From Candidatus Omnitrophota bacterium (GTDB lineage Bacteria > Omnitrophota > Gorgyraeia > Zapsychrales > Zapsychraceae): a stretch of DNA of 62,830 bases. Positions 1 to 8,784 of the stretch are shown in pieces (position 1 is the stretch's first letter; the number at the start of each line of letters is the position of its first letter). The stretch covers positions 1-62,830 of the forward strand of contig JADFYJ010000004.1 of the NCBI GenBank assembly GCA_015233115.1, in the 5' to 3' direction. The position numbers and the translations under genes are program-made. The notes below the pieces were generated by a model. The model was not told the DNA's origin. It did no database searches and saw nothing but the letters and a program-made list of their open reading frames with translations.

Positions 1-81
1 TCGCCTTTAGTGTAAAAGCCAGAAACTTAAAATACATACTTTTTTATGGTAAAAAATAAATATTTATGATATTGTTTTTTT

Positions 82-366
82 ATGACTACAGATTTCGAAT
101 GGGATCCTATAAAGAATGCCGCTAATCAGCAAAAACATCATGTCTCTTTTGAAGAAGCCCAGTATGCCTTTGCTGATCCTAAGCGTATCTTTGCGGAGGA
201 CCTTGCGCATAAGTCATCAGAAACCCGTTATTATTGTTTCGGTGATGTTGGCGGGGAAATCATAACGGTTCGTTTTACTTATAGAAATAATAAAATCCGT
301 ATATTTGGCGCTGGTTATTGGCGGAAAGGAAAGAAAATTTATGAAGAAACACATTCAATACACTGA
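82..366 (+). CDS. brnT: BrnT-family (DUF497) ribonuclease toxin, type II TA system
   Basis: 94-aa ORF with FEWDPIKNxxNxxKHxVSFEEA start and IRIFGAGYW end, typical of BrnT/DUF497. It overlaps the downstream antitoxin gene. Confidence 0.8.
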   Translation: MTTDFEWDPIKNAANQQKHHVSFEEAQYAFADPKRIFAEDLAHKSSETRYYCFGDVGGEIITVRFTYRNNKIRIFGAGYWRKGKKIYEETHSIH

Positions 367-577
367 TGAACCGATAGGTGACATTAAAATAATTAAAGAT
401 TTTTTACCGTCGCCGGAAAAGCTTGTTTTCAAAAGAAAAAGCGTAAAAATAACCATGGCTCTCGACGTTGAGTCAGTTGATTTTTTTAAAAAAATTGCTC
501 ATCGTAATCATGTCCCTTATCAAACCATGCTTCGTAATCTGATAAATGCTTACGTTGCCCAGCATCAAATTAATTAG
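341..577 (+). CDS. brnA: BrnA-family antitoxin (RHH/CopG-like)
   Basis: ATG at 341 (MKKHIQYTDEP...) overlaps the brnT end by 26 nt. The C-terminal VPYQTMLRNLINAYV pattern is typical of BrnA. The track start at 305 is probably too early. Confidence 0.7.
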   Translation: MKKHIQYTDEPIGDIKIIKDFLPSPEKLVFKRKSVKITMALDVESVDFFKKIAHRNHVPYQTMLRNLINAYVAQHQIN

Positions 578-604
578 CTCAATTGGATAAATAAGGAGGA
601 TGTT

Positions 605-732
605 ATGATTCCTAAATTTAGAATTCCATCGTACTTTTGTCTCGAGTTTTAGGAACTACGCCTGAGTTTTGGATGAATATCCAGACCGGGCATGATCTGG
701 CTTTGTCACAAAAACATTTGGCTGTGGTATAA
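605..732 (+). pseudogene. Decayed HigA-type (XRE/HTH) antitoxin remnant
   Basis: AAGGAGGA RBS plus ATG at 605, then a stop after 15 codons. A second frame (646-732) reads VLGTTPEFWMNIQTGHDLALSQKHLAVV*, the conserved C-terminus of HigA antitoxins. Most of the HTH is missing. Confidence 0.5.
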
Positions 733-755
733 GTTTTCGCGGTAGGGTTTGTAAA

Positions 756-803
756 TAATTGCCCTTCCCTTCGTACATATGTTACACTTGTAACAGATAT
801 GAA
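756..803 (+). promoter_or_regulatory. Leader with inverted repeat TGTTACA-N2-TGTAACA overlapping the start codon; duplicated at 4241-4288
   Basis: TAATTGCCCTTC...CATATGTTACACTTGTAACAGATATGAA is nearly identical at 756-803 and 4241-4288. The ATG of each kinase gene lies in the right arm. Confidence 0.5.
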
Positions 804-2034
804 CCCATTATATTTTTATCCTCTTTTATTGGTTTATGCGTTACTCCTCAGCCTTCTTTATATTAATTCTCATCTTAAACGAGGCACGGAAAACCGGCTT
901 TTGGCTGAACAACGACGGTATCAACGGCATTTGTTTAAGATTTCTAAAGAATTGTCGTTTATTAAAGAGCAGGGGAAGCTGGTTTTGTTTGTGGGGGACA
1001 CGGTTTATCAGTTAATGCGCGTTTCCTGGCTGTTGATTTATACCGTAGATAGCGACGGGGATGTTTATCGTTTAGCTCGTCAATTGGGAAAAGAAGCGCG
1101 GGTTAAAAAAATTGATTTATCTTTTGATGCGGCAGCCGCAGAAGAATGCGCGGTGCTGCTTCCCATGAACCGGAGCAACCGGTTGATTGGTTTTTTTATG
1201 CTAGGTCCGAAACAGGATGGCTCAGTTTTTAGCGACGATGATATGTCGGTTCTAAAAATTATCGCGGATCAAACTGCTGTGGCATTGGAAAACGCGTTGT
1301 ATTGGGAAAAAGAAAAGCAAAGGATCATTCGGCAGGAAGCTGTGGCTCGCGCGAAATCATTAGATATTATGACCGGGTCTTTGGCCCATGAAATTCAAAA
1401 TCCTTTGACTGGCGCGATGGGGAATTTAGAGGTGCTGAGGGAAATGGTTAATAAATATGAGATGACTCAGGATGACCGGGAAGTTGTCGAGGAGAGTTTT
1501 AAATATACCTTAGAGCCGTTGCATCGCGTGTCAAAAATGGTGCAGGTTTTAAATAATTATTCCAAAGGATATTCAGTCGCGGATTTTAAAGTGTTCAACG
1601 CTCTTGACGCGGTTAATGATTTTAAGGTTTTAGTGCAGAGTAAATTAAAGCATGCTGATGTTCAATTGACGTATGAAGTCGATGACGATTTGCCTCAGGT
1701 CATGGGCGTGCCGGTTTGGCTGCAGGAAGCTTTAATGAATTTCGTCTCTAACGCTTTGCACGCGTTAAGAAAAACCAAAGATAAACGGATCGTGATCCGG
1801 GTTTTACGGCATCAGAGGTGCGTGCGCCTTGAATGCGAAGATAACGGACAGGGCATCCCGGCAGATATGCTTAAGGAAATATTTCATCCTTTTGTTACCA
1901 CCAAATCCACTAGCGAAGGCACAGGTTTAGGGTTAAGTATAGTACGTCGCCATATCGAAGCGATGGGCGGTGATGTCTGGGCTGAAAGTTACGGAGTGGG
2001 ACATGGCGCGACGTTTGTGGTGCTTTTGAAATGA
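799..2034 (+). CDS. Membrane sensor histidine kinase (N-terminal TM, GAF-like region, HisKA, HATPase_c)
   Basis: H-box SLAHEIQNPL, N-box LMNFVSNALHA, G-boxes EDNGQGIP and GTGLGLSIV. Hydrophobic N-terminus. Confidence 0.85.
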   Translation: MNPLYFYPLLLVYALLLSLLYINSHLKRGTENRLLAEQRRYQRHLFKISKELSFIKEQGKLVLFVGDTVYQLMRVSWLLIYTVDSDGDVYRLARQLGKEARVKKIDLSFDAAAAEECAVLLPMNRSNRLIGFFMLGPKQDGSVFSDDDMSVLKIIADQTAVALENALYWEKEKQRIIRQEAVARAKSLDIMTGSLAHEIQNPLTGAMGNLEVLREMVNKYEMTQDDREVVEESFKYTLEPLHRVSKMVQVLNNYSKGYSVADFKVFNALDAVNDFKVLVQSKLKHADVQLTYEVDDDLPQVMGVPVWLQEALMNFVSNALHALRKTKDKRIVIRVLRHQRCVRLECEDNGQGIPADMLKEIFHPFVTTKSTSEGTGLGLSIVRRHIEAMGGDVWAESYGVGHGATFVVLLK

Positions 2035-2112
2035 TCCATAATTGGCATCGTTTGACCCCTTTTTTACCGGACAGCTGTGGGGTAAAATATTATGTTTGTT
2101 AGAAATTCTAAC

Positions 2113-2141
2113 TTGACGTTATGTTGTACTTATGGCATACT
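2113..2141 (+). promoter_or_regulatory. Sigma70-like promoter for the AbrB/RelE-like pair
   Basis: TTGACG (2113-2118), 17-nt spacer, CATACT (2136-2141), about 20 nt upstream of the GGAGGA RBS. Confidence 0.4.
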
Positions 2142-2161
2142 CCTTTGTGGAGGAAGGATAT

Positions 2162-2428
2162 ATGACAATTACCAAACTCAAAGCTAAAAATCAACTCACA
2201 ATTCCGACTAGCGTTATAAAGCGGATGGGTTTAAAGCCGCATGAATTATTCACCATAGATGTCGAAAAAGGATATATAAAATTAACGCCAGTGACTGTGG
2301 AGCCTCGTTATGCCCCGGATGAACTGCAAGCGATAGATGTTCTGGTCGAAGAGCAAAAATCTAAAGGTAAAAAATTCAAGGCGGGTAAAGAATTCGCGGA
2401 TTATCTCAAGCATATCGTTAAAGAATGA
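2162..2428 (+). CDS. AbrB/MazE/SpoVT-family antitoxin
   Basis: MTITKLKAKNQLTIPTSVIKRMGLKPHE matches the swapped-hairpin AbrB-type DNA-binding pattern (Q.tIP..v...gl). GGAGGA RBS before the ATG at 2162. 4-nt overlap with the downstream toxin. Confidence 0.7.
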   Translation: MTITKLKAKNQLTIPTSVIKRMGLKPHELFTIDVEKGYIKLTPVTVEPRYAPDELQAIDVLVEEQKSKGKKFKAGKEFADYLKHIVKE

Positions 2429-2712
2429 AAAATATTATAATTTTACCTTCTTTTGAGCGGGATTTAAAGAAATTACCGTCTGTTGATCGCGGTAAGGTGG
2501 TTAAGTCTTTAGGACAATTCAATGAATTTATTGCTTCCGGTAATTTTAGCCAGGGTCTTGGCTTAAAAAAAATCAATCACGATAAATATGAATTCCGCGT
2601 CGATATTCGCTTAAGAATTGTTTTTAAACAAATGGGCCAAGATATTTATTTGGTTCTGGTCGGCAGTCATGACGAAGTAAAAAAATATTTAAGGCAATAC
2701 AGACAAAAATAG
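2425..2712 (+). CDS. RelE/ParE-superfamily toxin
   Basis: 95 aa, ATGA overlap with the antitoxin. KYEFRVDIRLRIVFKQMGQDIYLVLVGSHDEV resembles the RelE/ParE-fold core (.R...yRiiy......i.l...g.H). Confidence 0.6.
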   Translation: MKNIIILPSFERDLKKLPSVDRGKVVKSLGQFNEFIASGNFSQGLGLKKINHDKYEFRVDIRLRIVFKQMGQDIYLVLVGSHDEVKKYLRQYRQK

Positions 2713-2798
2713 TGATAAAAAATTTCGAGGACACAATACTTAATTATTTGAATAAAAAATGACAGGCACGAATTAATTTATACGAGGAGAAACGCGCA

Positions 2799-3287
2799 AT
2801 GAAAAGAATTGTCTTAATAGTTATGAGCTGTTGTTTTTTTGCCGGATGCGCGCAGGCTGTTTATAAGACTTGCCTTGTGGATACTGGGATCAAGAATTCG
2901 CGACAGTTTGATGTCGGCAAAGACGATCTTTATAAATTTACAATGCAGACTTTGTTAACCAAAGGGTTCATCATTGAATCTGAAAATAAAGCTGACGGGG
3001 CTATTGCCGCGCGGAAATCTATCCAAAAGGGGAAGCGCACGTATGTCGTAGGCATTCAAGCCAGGATCTATAGTTTGACGGATAAAACCGCGTCTTTATT
3101 TTTAAATGGCGTTCAAACAACGGAAAAAACGTTTATTGCGGACAAGACCAGATTCTTGTTATTCATTATTCCTTTGCCCGGTGGAGGGGGAAAAGAAGCC
3201 ACCAAGGTTACGGAAGGGGTCAATACGATTGAAGATCAACAATTTTACGATGAGCTCTTTTCTTTAATCAAAAGTAATATTAAATAA
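2799..3287 (+). CDS. Lipoprotein, unknown function
   Basis: Signal peptide with lipobox (CCFFAGC). GAGGAGA RBS. Confidence 0.55.
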   Translation: MKRIVLIVMSCCFFAGCAQAVYKTCLVDTGIKNSRQFDVGKDDLYKFTMQTLLTKGFIIESENKADGAIAARKSIQKGKRTYVVGIQARIYSLTDKTASLFLNGVQTTEKTFIADKTRFLLFIIPLPGGGGKEATKVTEGVNTIEDQQFYDELFSLIKSNIK

Positions 3288-3412
3288 AAGGGAAGGCATG
3301 TAATGTCCTGGTTTGTCAGATATTATCGTATTGATTTTTTAAAAAATTTTAATATAATTAATTTTTATCAAAATATATTAAAAATTTTAAATAATCTTTT
3401 ATCTTTTGGAGA

Positions 3413-4156
3413 ATGGATTTCATGAAAAAAATACTAGGATCAATTTTATTTTGTTTATTTTTCCTTCAAGGAAATGCCAATGCTGTTCTTGTAAATTCTG
3501 TTAAAATACAAGATTATCACAGATCTAAAACGTATAGCTGGACTGAACCTGGAATTTCTACCTTTGGATCTCCCGTCACTCATAATTTGAGTGATGGCAC
3601 TTCATGGGATAGTGATGTTTCAGGTTACCGAGATGGTTCTTTCGCGACTTACAATCATTCTGAAATTAATGGAACCACAATAAAATATTATTTTGATTTG
3701 CAGCCTTCTGGTTATGGCCCTTCTACGACTATATTAAATGGCGAGTGGTCTGGCCCATGGAGTGAAGATCCTAATAAAATTTACTCATCAAAATTTGCGC
3801 TGGGAATGATAACCCCGCTGTACCTAGAGGCTGAAATAGGATCTACAACAGCATTTACGAGTGGGCTTGCAGAAATATTATATGTTGATCCATCTTATAG
3901 TAATTATGAAAATACCCCTATAAATGCAAAAATTGGGGATATTGTCCCATACGAACTTACCTATAACATTGATTCACCGCTATTTTTTGATGTTTGGGAT
4001 GAGGCGACATTTCAACGAAAGAATTATACTTTTACTTACAATATATCAGGATTGGTTGATTTTAATCCGGAGAGTAATTGCGTTCCAGAACCTGCCTCGT
4101 TAGCTTTAATCGGAACTGGTTTGTGCGGTATTTTTATGAGACGAAAGGTTAAATAA
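3413..4156 (+). CDS. PEP-CTERM sorting-domain secreted protein
   Basis: N-terminal signal peptide (alternative start ATG 3422). C-terminal VPEPASLALIGTGLCGIFMRRKVK is a PEP motif plus TM plus basic tail. Confidence 0.8.
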   Translation: MDFMKKILGSILFCLFFLQGNANAVLVNSVKIQDYHRSKTYSWTEPGISTFGSPVTHNLSDGTSWDSDVSGYRDGSFATYNHSEINGTTIKYYFDLQPSGYGPSTTILNGEWSGPWSEDPNKIYSSKFALGMITPLYLEAEIGSTTAFTSGLAEILYVDPSYSNYENTPINAKIGDIVPYELTYNIDSPLFFDVWDEATFQRKNYTFTYNISGLVDFNPESNCVPEPASLALIGTGLCGIFMRRKVK

Positions 4157-4283
4157 TTTCGGCGACACATCTTTAATCACACGTAATATTCTAAAATTGT
4201 AATACGTTGTCATAAGATAAATTTTATCCCCAATAGCGCCTAATTGCCCTTCTTACCGCCCATATGTTACACTTGTAACAGAT

Positions 4284-5026
4284 ATGAAATCTCCTAATTT
4301 TTCGTCCTTTTTAGCGGCTTATGTTCTTATCCTCAGCCTGCCTTTTCTCGTTGGCTGTTTTGTCACTCCTCATTGGTTGGTTCCGACTACGCTGATGTTT
4401 TTATTTGCTTCATTGGGTTTGTTCATCTATTCCCGGCTGAAACATCGTGCGGAGATCCAATTATTGGCTCAGCAAAAGTTGTAGCGGAGAGTTTCGAGTA
4501 TACATTAGAGCCGCTGCACCGGGTATCGAAAATGGTGCAGGTTTTGAATAATTATTCCAAAGGTTATTCTACCGATGATTTCAAAATGTTCAGCGCATTG
4601 GATGCGGTCAATGATTTTAAAGTTTTAGTGCAGGGCAAATTGAAACATGAAGATGTATAATTAACGTATGAAATCGACGATGATTTGCCGAAGGTGGCCG
4701 GCGTGCCGGTATGGGTGCAGGAGGCATTAATGAATTTTGTCACTAATGCTTTGCATTCGTTAAGAGAATCCAAAGGCAAACGGATTGTGATCCGGGTTTT
4801 ACGCCATGACAGGCGCGTTAGGATGGAATGCGAAGACAGCGGCCACGGGATTGCCCCGGAGATGCTTAAAGAAATATTCCATCCTTTTGTAACCACAAAA
4901 TCCACCAGTGAAGGCACGGGCTTAGGTCTCAGCATTGTCCGACGGCACATTGAATCCATGGGCGGAGAAGTCTGGGCGGAAAGTCATGGTATCGGACATG
5001 GCGCGACGTTTGTGGTGATGCTGTAA
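4284..5026 (+). pseudogene. Decayed paralogue of the 799-2034 histidine kinase (internal deletion, frame change, nonsense codon)
   Basis: Three ORF fragments (4284-4484, 4373-4660, 4685-5026). The N-terminal part joins directly to the ESFEYTLEPLHRV region, so the GAF-like and H-box segments are lost. CAA (Gln) of copy 1 is TAA at 4658-4660. The HATPase part is about 85% identical to copy 1. Confidence 0.75.
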
Positions 5027-5034
5027 AATAGTTC

Positions 5035-5063
5035 TTGCATTTTTGAAATTCCTATATTATACT
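5035..5063 (+). promoter_or_regulatory. Sigma70-like promoter ahead of the pilus/secretin operon
   Basis: TTGCAT (5035-5040), 17-nt spacer, TATACT (5058-5063). Confidence 0.4.
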
Positions 5064-5184
5064 TTCACTAACAATTAAAAAAATTGTAAATAAATCAAAA
5101 CCCCCTTTCAGCATTCCCTAGGGTTTAGTTCTTAAACCAACGTCTGGCACGGTGCCTTGCCGCGCCCAGCAAATGAGGGAATGT

Positions 5185-6978
5185 ATGAAAAAAATTATCT
5201 ACTCTATCCTATTCTTATTATTTGTTTCATCCAGTTACGCGGGCGTCCTCAATGTGGCATATAAAGGAGAAGAGATAGATATCAATGTCTATCCCCGCAA
5301 GCTCACCTCAATTATTTTCCCGGAAAAAGTGGTTAAAGTGGTGCGATCGGAAAATATGGCGCATTATGAGATCATGCATGATAAGCCCAATATTTTGACC
5401 ATTGTTCCCTATATTGATAAGCCGGCGGATTGCCGGGTGTATGGGCAAAAAGGGGAGATTTATGTATTAAATTTTCATATTAATGAAAAGGATAGCCAAT
5501 CTAAAGTTTTTATTGAGGATGAAGGCAAGAAAGTGATTGGACAGGATACGGTTATTGATTTTGTGAACAATAATCCGCCGGATATTTTAGTTTCGAATAA
5601 AGCTCGAGAAAAAAAATTACCCACACCGCAAAAGCCAGTTACTGAAAATGATTTGCCTAAAGAGATGGATCAGAAAATTACTTTAAAAGGCGATAATCTA
5701 CCGTTGAAAATTTATTTAAGTACCATCGGGCAAGCCACCGGATATAACGTCATTATGGGTAAAGATGTGGAAGAGGCACGGGCGTCGATCAATGTTACGG
5801 ATATTGAAATTTGGCGTGGACTTAAGTCTTTGCTTTATCCATTGTCCTTTGGCTTTAAGGTTGTGAACAAAGATTTAATTGTCATGTCTAAAGAAACCCG
5901 GGTGTATGAGATCAGTATTCCTGCCATTGAACAGGCGTTTAATAATGTCACGTCGAATGAATCGTTTTCCAGCACGGAAAATTCGTCCAAAGATAATACT
6001 TCCGGACAAACGATTAATGTGGGATCCAAGATCCTGATGGAAAATAAGACCCGGTTATTATCGCTGTGGGATGATTTGGATAAAAATATGCAGACTATTG
6101 TAACGCCGCAAACCGGTTCCTTCTCTATTAATAGATCAACGGGTGTGGTCTTGATTAATGATTTTCCAGGGATATTGGACAAAGCGGGGGCATTTATTGA
6201 TGAATTAAATCGGAATCTAACCCTTCAGCAAGCGTTTGAAATTCAAATTGTGGAAGTAACATTGAAAAATGAATTTGAAAGCGGTGTAGATTGGAACGCT
6301 TTAGCCGGAAATTTGAAAGGTTTGAGCGCTCTGGCCGGTGCCGCAAGTTTCACAGGTGATGGTTTTGCTGGTGGACAATTATTGAAATTAACCGGACTGG
6401 GGCCCAATGATGACAGCGGCACAGGGTCGTCAGGAGTGTCCGCGGTTTTAAAAGCTTTGGAAGATGTGGGCAAGGTTGAAGTGAAATCGCGGCCGCATAT
6501 TACCTCACGGAATATGTCGGGTAGTATTATTCAAGAGGGGAAGACTTTAACCTATATTGCTGAGAATGGGCAAGTCCTTAATGATAATTCGTCAAGCACT
6601 TTGGTCAAAACTAACCAGGTGCATGAAGGTTTGACCATGTTGATTTTTCCTAAGATTGCGGGAAAAGGAAGAGAAACATATTTAAATATTGCGGCCACCT
6701 TAACGACTGTTGACAGTATTGTCAATATCAAAACCGGGAATATTGTCCTGCAAACACCGAAGGTTAGTTCGAAAAGTATCACGACCAGCGTCGGAGTTAC
6801 GGAAAATCAAAGTTTAATTTTGGGCGGATTGATTTCAACGACAGTCAGTGATTCTCGTCAAGGAGTGCCTGTGCTTGGGGCTATTCCGGTCATCAAGTAT
6901 CTGTTTTCGCATAAAATTCGTCAAAATAACAAAAAAGAATTAGTCATTATAATCACGCCTAAAGAGGTGAATACGTAA
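5185..6978 (+). CDS. Secretin (PilQ/GspD family outer-membrane channel)
   Basis: Signal peptide from ATG 5185 (GAGGGA RBS). The C-terminal secretin core GGLISTTVSDSRQGVPVLGAIPVIKYLFSHK...LVIIITPK is diagnostic. Confidence 0.85.
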   Translation: MKKIIYSILFLLFVSSSYAGVLNVAYKGEEIDINVYPRKLTSIIFPEKVVKVVRSENMAHYEIMHDKPNILTIVPYIDKPADCRVYGQKGEIYVLNFHINEKDSQSKVFIEDEGKKVIGQDTVIDFVNNNPPDILVSNKAREKKLPTPQKPVTENDLPKEMDQKITLKGDNLPLKIYLSTIGQATGYNVIMGKDVEEARASINVTDIEIWRGLKSLLYPLSFGFKVVNKDLIVMSKETRVYEISIPAIEQAFNNVTSNESFSSTENSSKDNTSGQTINVGSKILMENKTRLLSLWDDLDKNMQTIVTPQTGSFSINRSTGVVLINDFPGILDKAGAFIDELNRNLTLQQAFEIQIVEVTLKNEFESGVDWNALAGNLKGLSALAGAASFTGDGFAGGQLLKLTGLGPNDDSGTGSSGVSAVLKALEDVGKVEVKSRPHITSRNMSGSIIQEGKTLTYIAENGQVLNDNSSSTLVKTNQVHEGLTMLIFPKIAGKGRETYLNIAATLTTVDSIVNIKTGNIVLQTPKVSSKSITTSVGVTENQSLILGGLISTTVSDSRQGVPVLGAIPVIKYLFSHKIRQNNKKELVIIITPKEVNT

Positions 6979-8180
6979 TGAAATATTATTTGCTCAATAA
7001 TAAGCTTTATGCTTTTGTCGACAGCGGAATCAAGGCTTTGGATAAGGAAGACGCGGTTGATGAATGGTCAGGGATAACTGGAGAGGTGACTGTCGCGGTC
7101 GTTGATATGGAACCACTCATGGTCAGTGTATCGGATGCTTCACCAGATAAGTTAGACCAAATTTTGGCGCTGGATTTTAGACAGAAATTCGGTAATGAAT
7201 ATTTATTGCAGACCGAAACCCTCAAAAAAAATTCTTACCAGGTCATGGGGATACATCAAGACCGAGTGAGGGAAATTTACGCTTTATTTGGTAATCGGCC
7301 GGGAATTACGATTGTTCCCTACAGCCTTTTGTTGCGGTCAGTGTTAATTAAGAGCGGACTGCTGCAGGATCAAAAACCTATTCTATTTATTGATCATTTT
7401 GAAGATGAAGTATTCTTTACGGCTTTTAATGGGACGATCATCGGCAAAACCAGAAAGATGAATTCGTTAAGCGAGCAAGTTTTTATTCTGCAGGAAATCA
7501 AACGTAATGAAAAAAATTATCAAAAATTATGGGCCAAGAGTTTGATTCCGGGCAGTGACGAGTTTATATATGTCAGTAATTGGAAAATTTTGACAGATTA
7601 TTTAGCGGAGTACGCGGACATCGAAAAAGAGCAGGTGGTGTTTTTGGATATAGGGTGTCCGGCGCTGGAGGGGTTAAAGCTGGAGAATTTAAATATAAAT
7701 TATTGCCCTCCTGAATTTTTAATTAAAAAAGTCAGGATGAAGGAAGTAAAAAATTGGCTGTCATGGTCAGCGTCTGCCGGAATTGTCGTTTTGCTAGCCG
7801 TAGGGATCAATATATTTTTAGGGATGATGGTGTCTCGTTCACAAAGTCAATGTTCAGATTTAATCGCCGCTAAAACAGTGTTGTTAAAACAATTAAAAAA
7901 TCTGAATAAAGGGACGTATAGAAATTACTTAAAAAATAGCCGGGGGAATTGGGAATCCATATATTTTGAATTTTTAAATATTATGCCCGATGGATACCAA
8001 GTGAATGTCATGGAAATGAATCGTACAGGCTCAAACATTGATTTTGACGTTTTTTTAAATTTGAACAACAAAGACGCGTTTTACGAAGATATTAAACCAT
8101 CATCCAAGTTTAAACATCTACAAGTGCAGGACGTCATGCTGGAGCATCAGCCGGGGAAAAGGATAAAAGTGCGGCTTTGA
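6978..8180 (+). CDS. Pilus assembly membrane protein (PilM/PilN-like architecture: cytoplasmic domain, single TM, periplasmic tail)
   Basis: Start overlaps the secretin stop. One TM (WLSWSASAGIVVLLAVGINIFLGMMV) at about aa 260. Called from position and architecture only. Confidence 0.35.
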   Translation: MKYYLLNNKLYAFVDSGIKALDKEDAVDEWSGITGEVTVAVVDMEPLMVSVSDASPDKLDQILALDFRQKFGNEYLLQTETLKKNSYQVMGIHQDRVREIYALFGNRPGITIVPYSLLLRSVLIKSGLLQDQKPILFIDHFEDEVFFTAFNGTIIGKTRKMNSLSEQVFILQEIKRNEKNYQKLWAKSLIPGSDEFIYVSNWKILTDYLAEYADIEKEQVVFLDIGCPALEGLKLENLNINYCPPEFLIKKVRMKEVKNWLSWSASAGIVVLLAVGINIFLGMMVSRSQSQCSDLIAAKTVLLKQLKNLNKGTYRNYLKNSRGNWESIYFEFLNIMPDGYQVNVMEMNRTGSNIDFDVFLNLNNKDAFYEDIKPSSKFKHLQVQDVMLEHQPGKRIKVRL

Positions 8181-8273
8181 AAACGTTCGCGGAGAAGGGA
8201 TAAGCGAAATGTAAGATAATTGCACCTCTCCCCTCGGGGGAGAGGGAGGGGTGAGGGGTAAAAAAGGGGAAAT

Positions 8274-8783
8274 ATGAAAAAAATAATTACGGTGATCGTA
8301 GGTGTAGTTGTGCTATGGACGGGGTTTGACAGTTGCAGGGTTTGGGGGAAGTTGGGTGATATTCGAAAGCAGGAACAAGTTTTGAAACAGGAGAATTCTC
8401 AAATTACGCAGACTATTCAGCGGATGTCGCGATATCCTTCGCGGAAAGCTTATTCGCTCAATCAAGCGTTTAAGCGGCTGGTTGATCATAGAAATATCAT
8501 CGCTATGTATAGCGAAGGAGAAATAGAACTGAGCATTCCTCATGTTAAAGACAAGCAAGATATCCACGCGTTTTCTGTTGAATCCGAATTAGCGGGAGTC
8601 AGCCGGATTCCGTTTGAATTGAATTTTTCTGGAATTAAAAATGAAGTGGATTTAGGGTTCGCTTTGCAAACGATATCAAGTCTGGAAAAAACTTTAGATG
8701 TCAAAATTCAAAGCGTTAAACAATCGATTAAAAACGGCCTGACCGTTGAGGGGTCGATTTACGGTATCGACGAGGAGAGTTAA
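8274..8783 (+). CDS. Bitopic membrane protein, PilO-like by position
   Basis: N-terminal TM then a coiled-coil segment (KQEQVLKQENSQITQTIQ). Lies between the assembly gene and the ATPase. Confidence 0.3.
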   Translation: MKKIITVIVGVVVLWTGFDSCRVWGKLGDIRKQEQVLKQENSQITQTIQRMSRYPSRKAYSLNQAFKRLVDHRNIIAMYSEGEIELSIPHVKDKQDIHAFSVESELAGVSRIPFELNFSGIKNEVDLGFALQTISSLEKTLDVKIQSVKQSIKNGLTVEGSIYGIDEES

Positions 8784-8784
8784 T

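Noticed and set aside
5145-5160. Sigma54-like sequence TGGCACGGTGCCTTGC 25 nt upstream of the secretin start
   Set aside because: The GG-to-GC spacing is one nucleotide longer than the strict TGGCACG-N4-TTGC consensus. The sequence is also the palindrome GGCAC-G-GTGCC, so a hairpin explains it equally well. No bacterial enhancer-binding protein gene is nearby.
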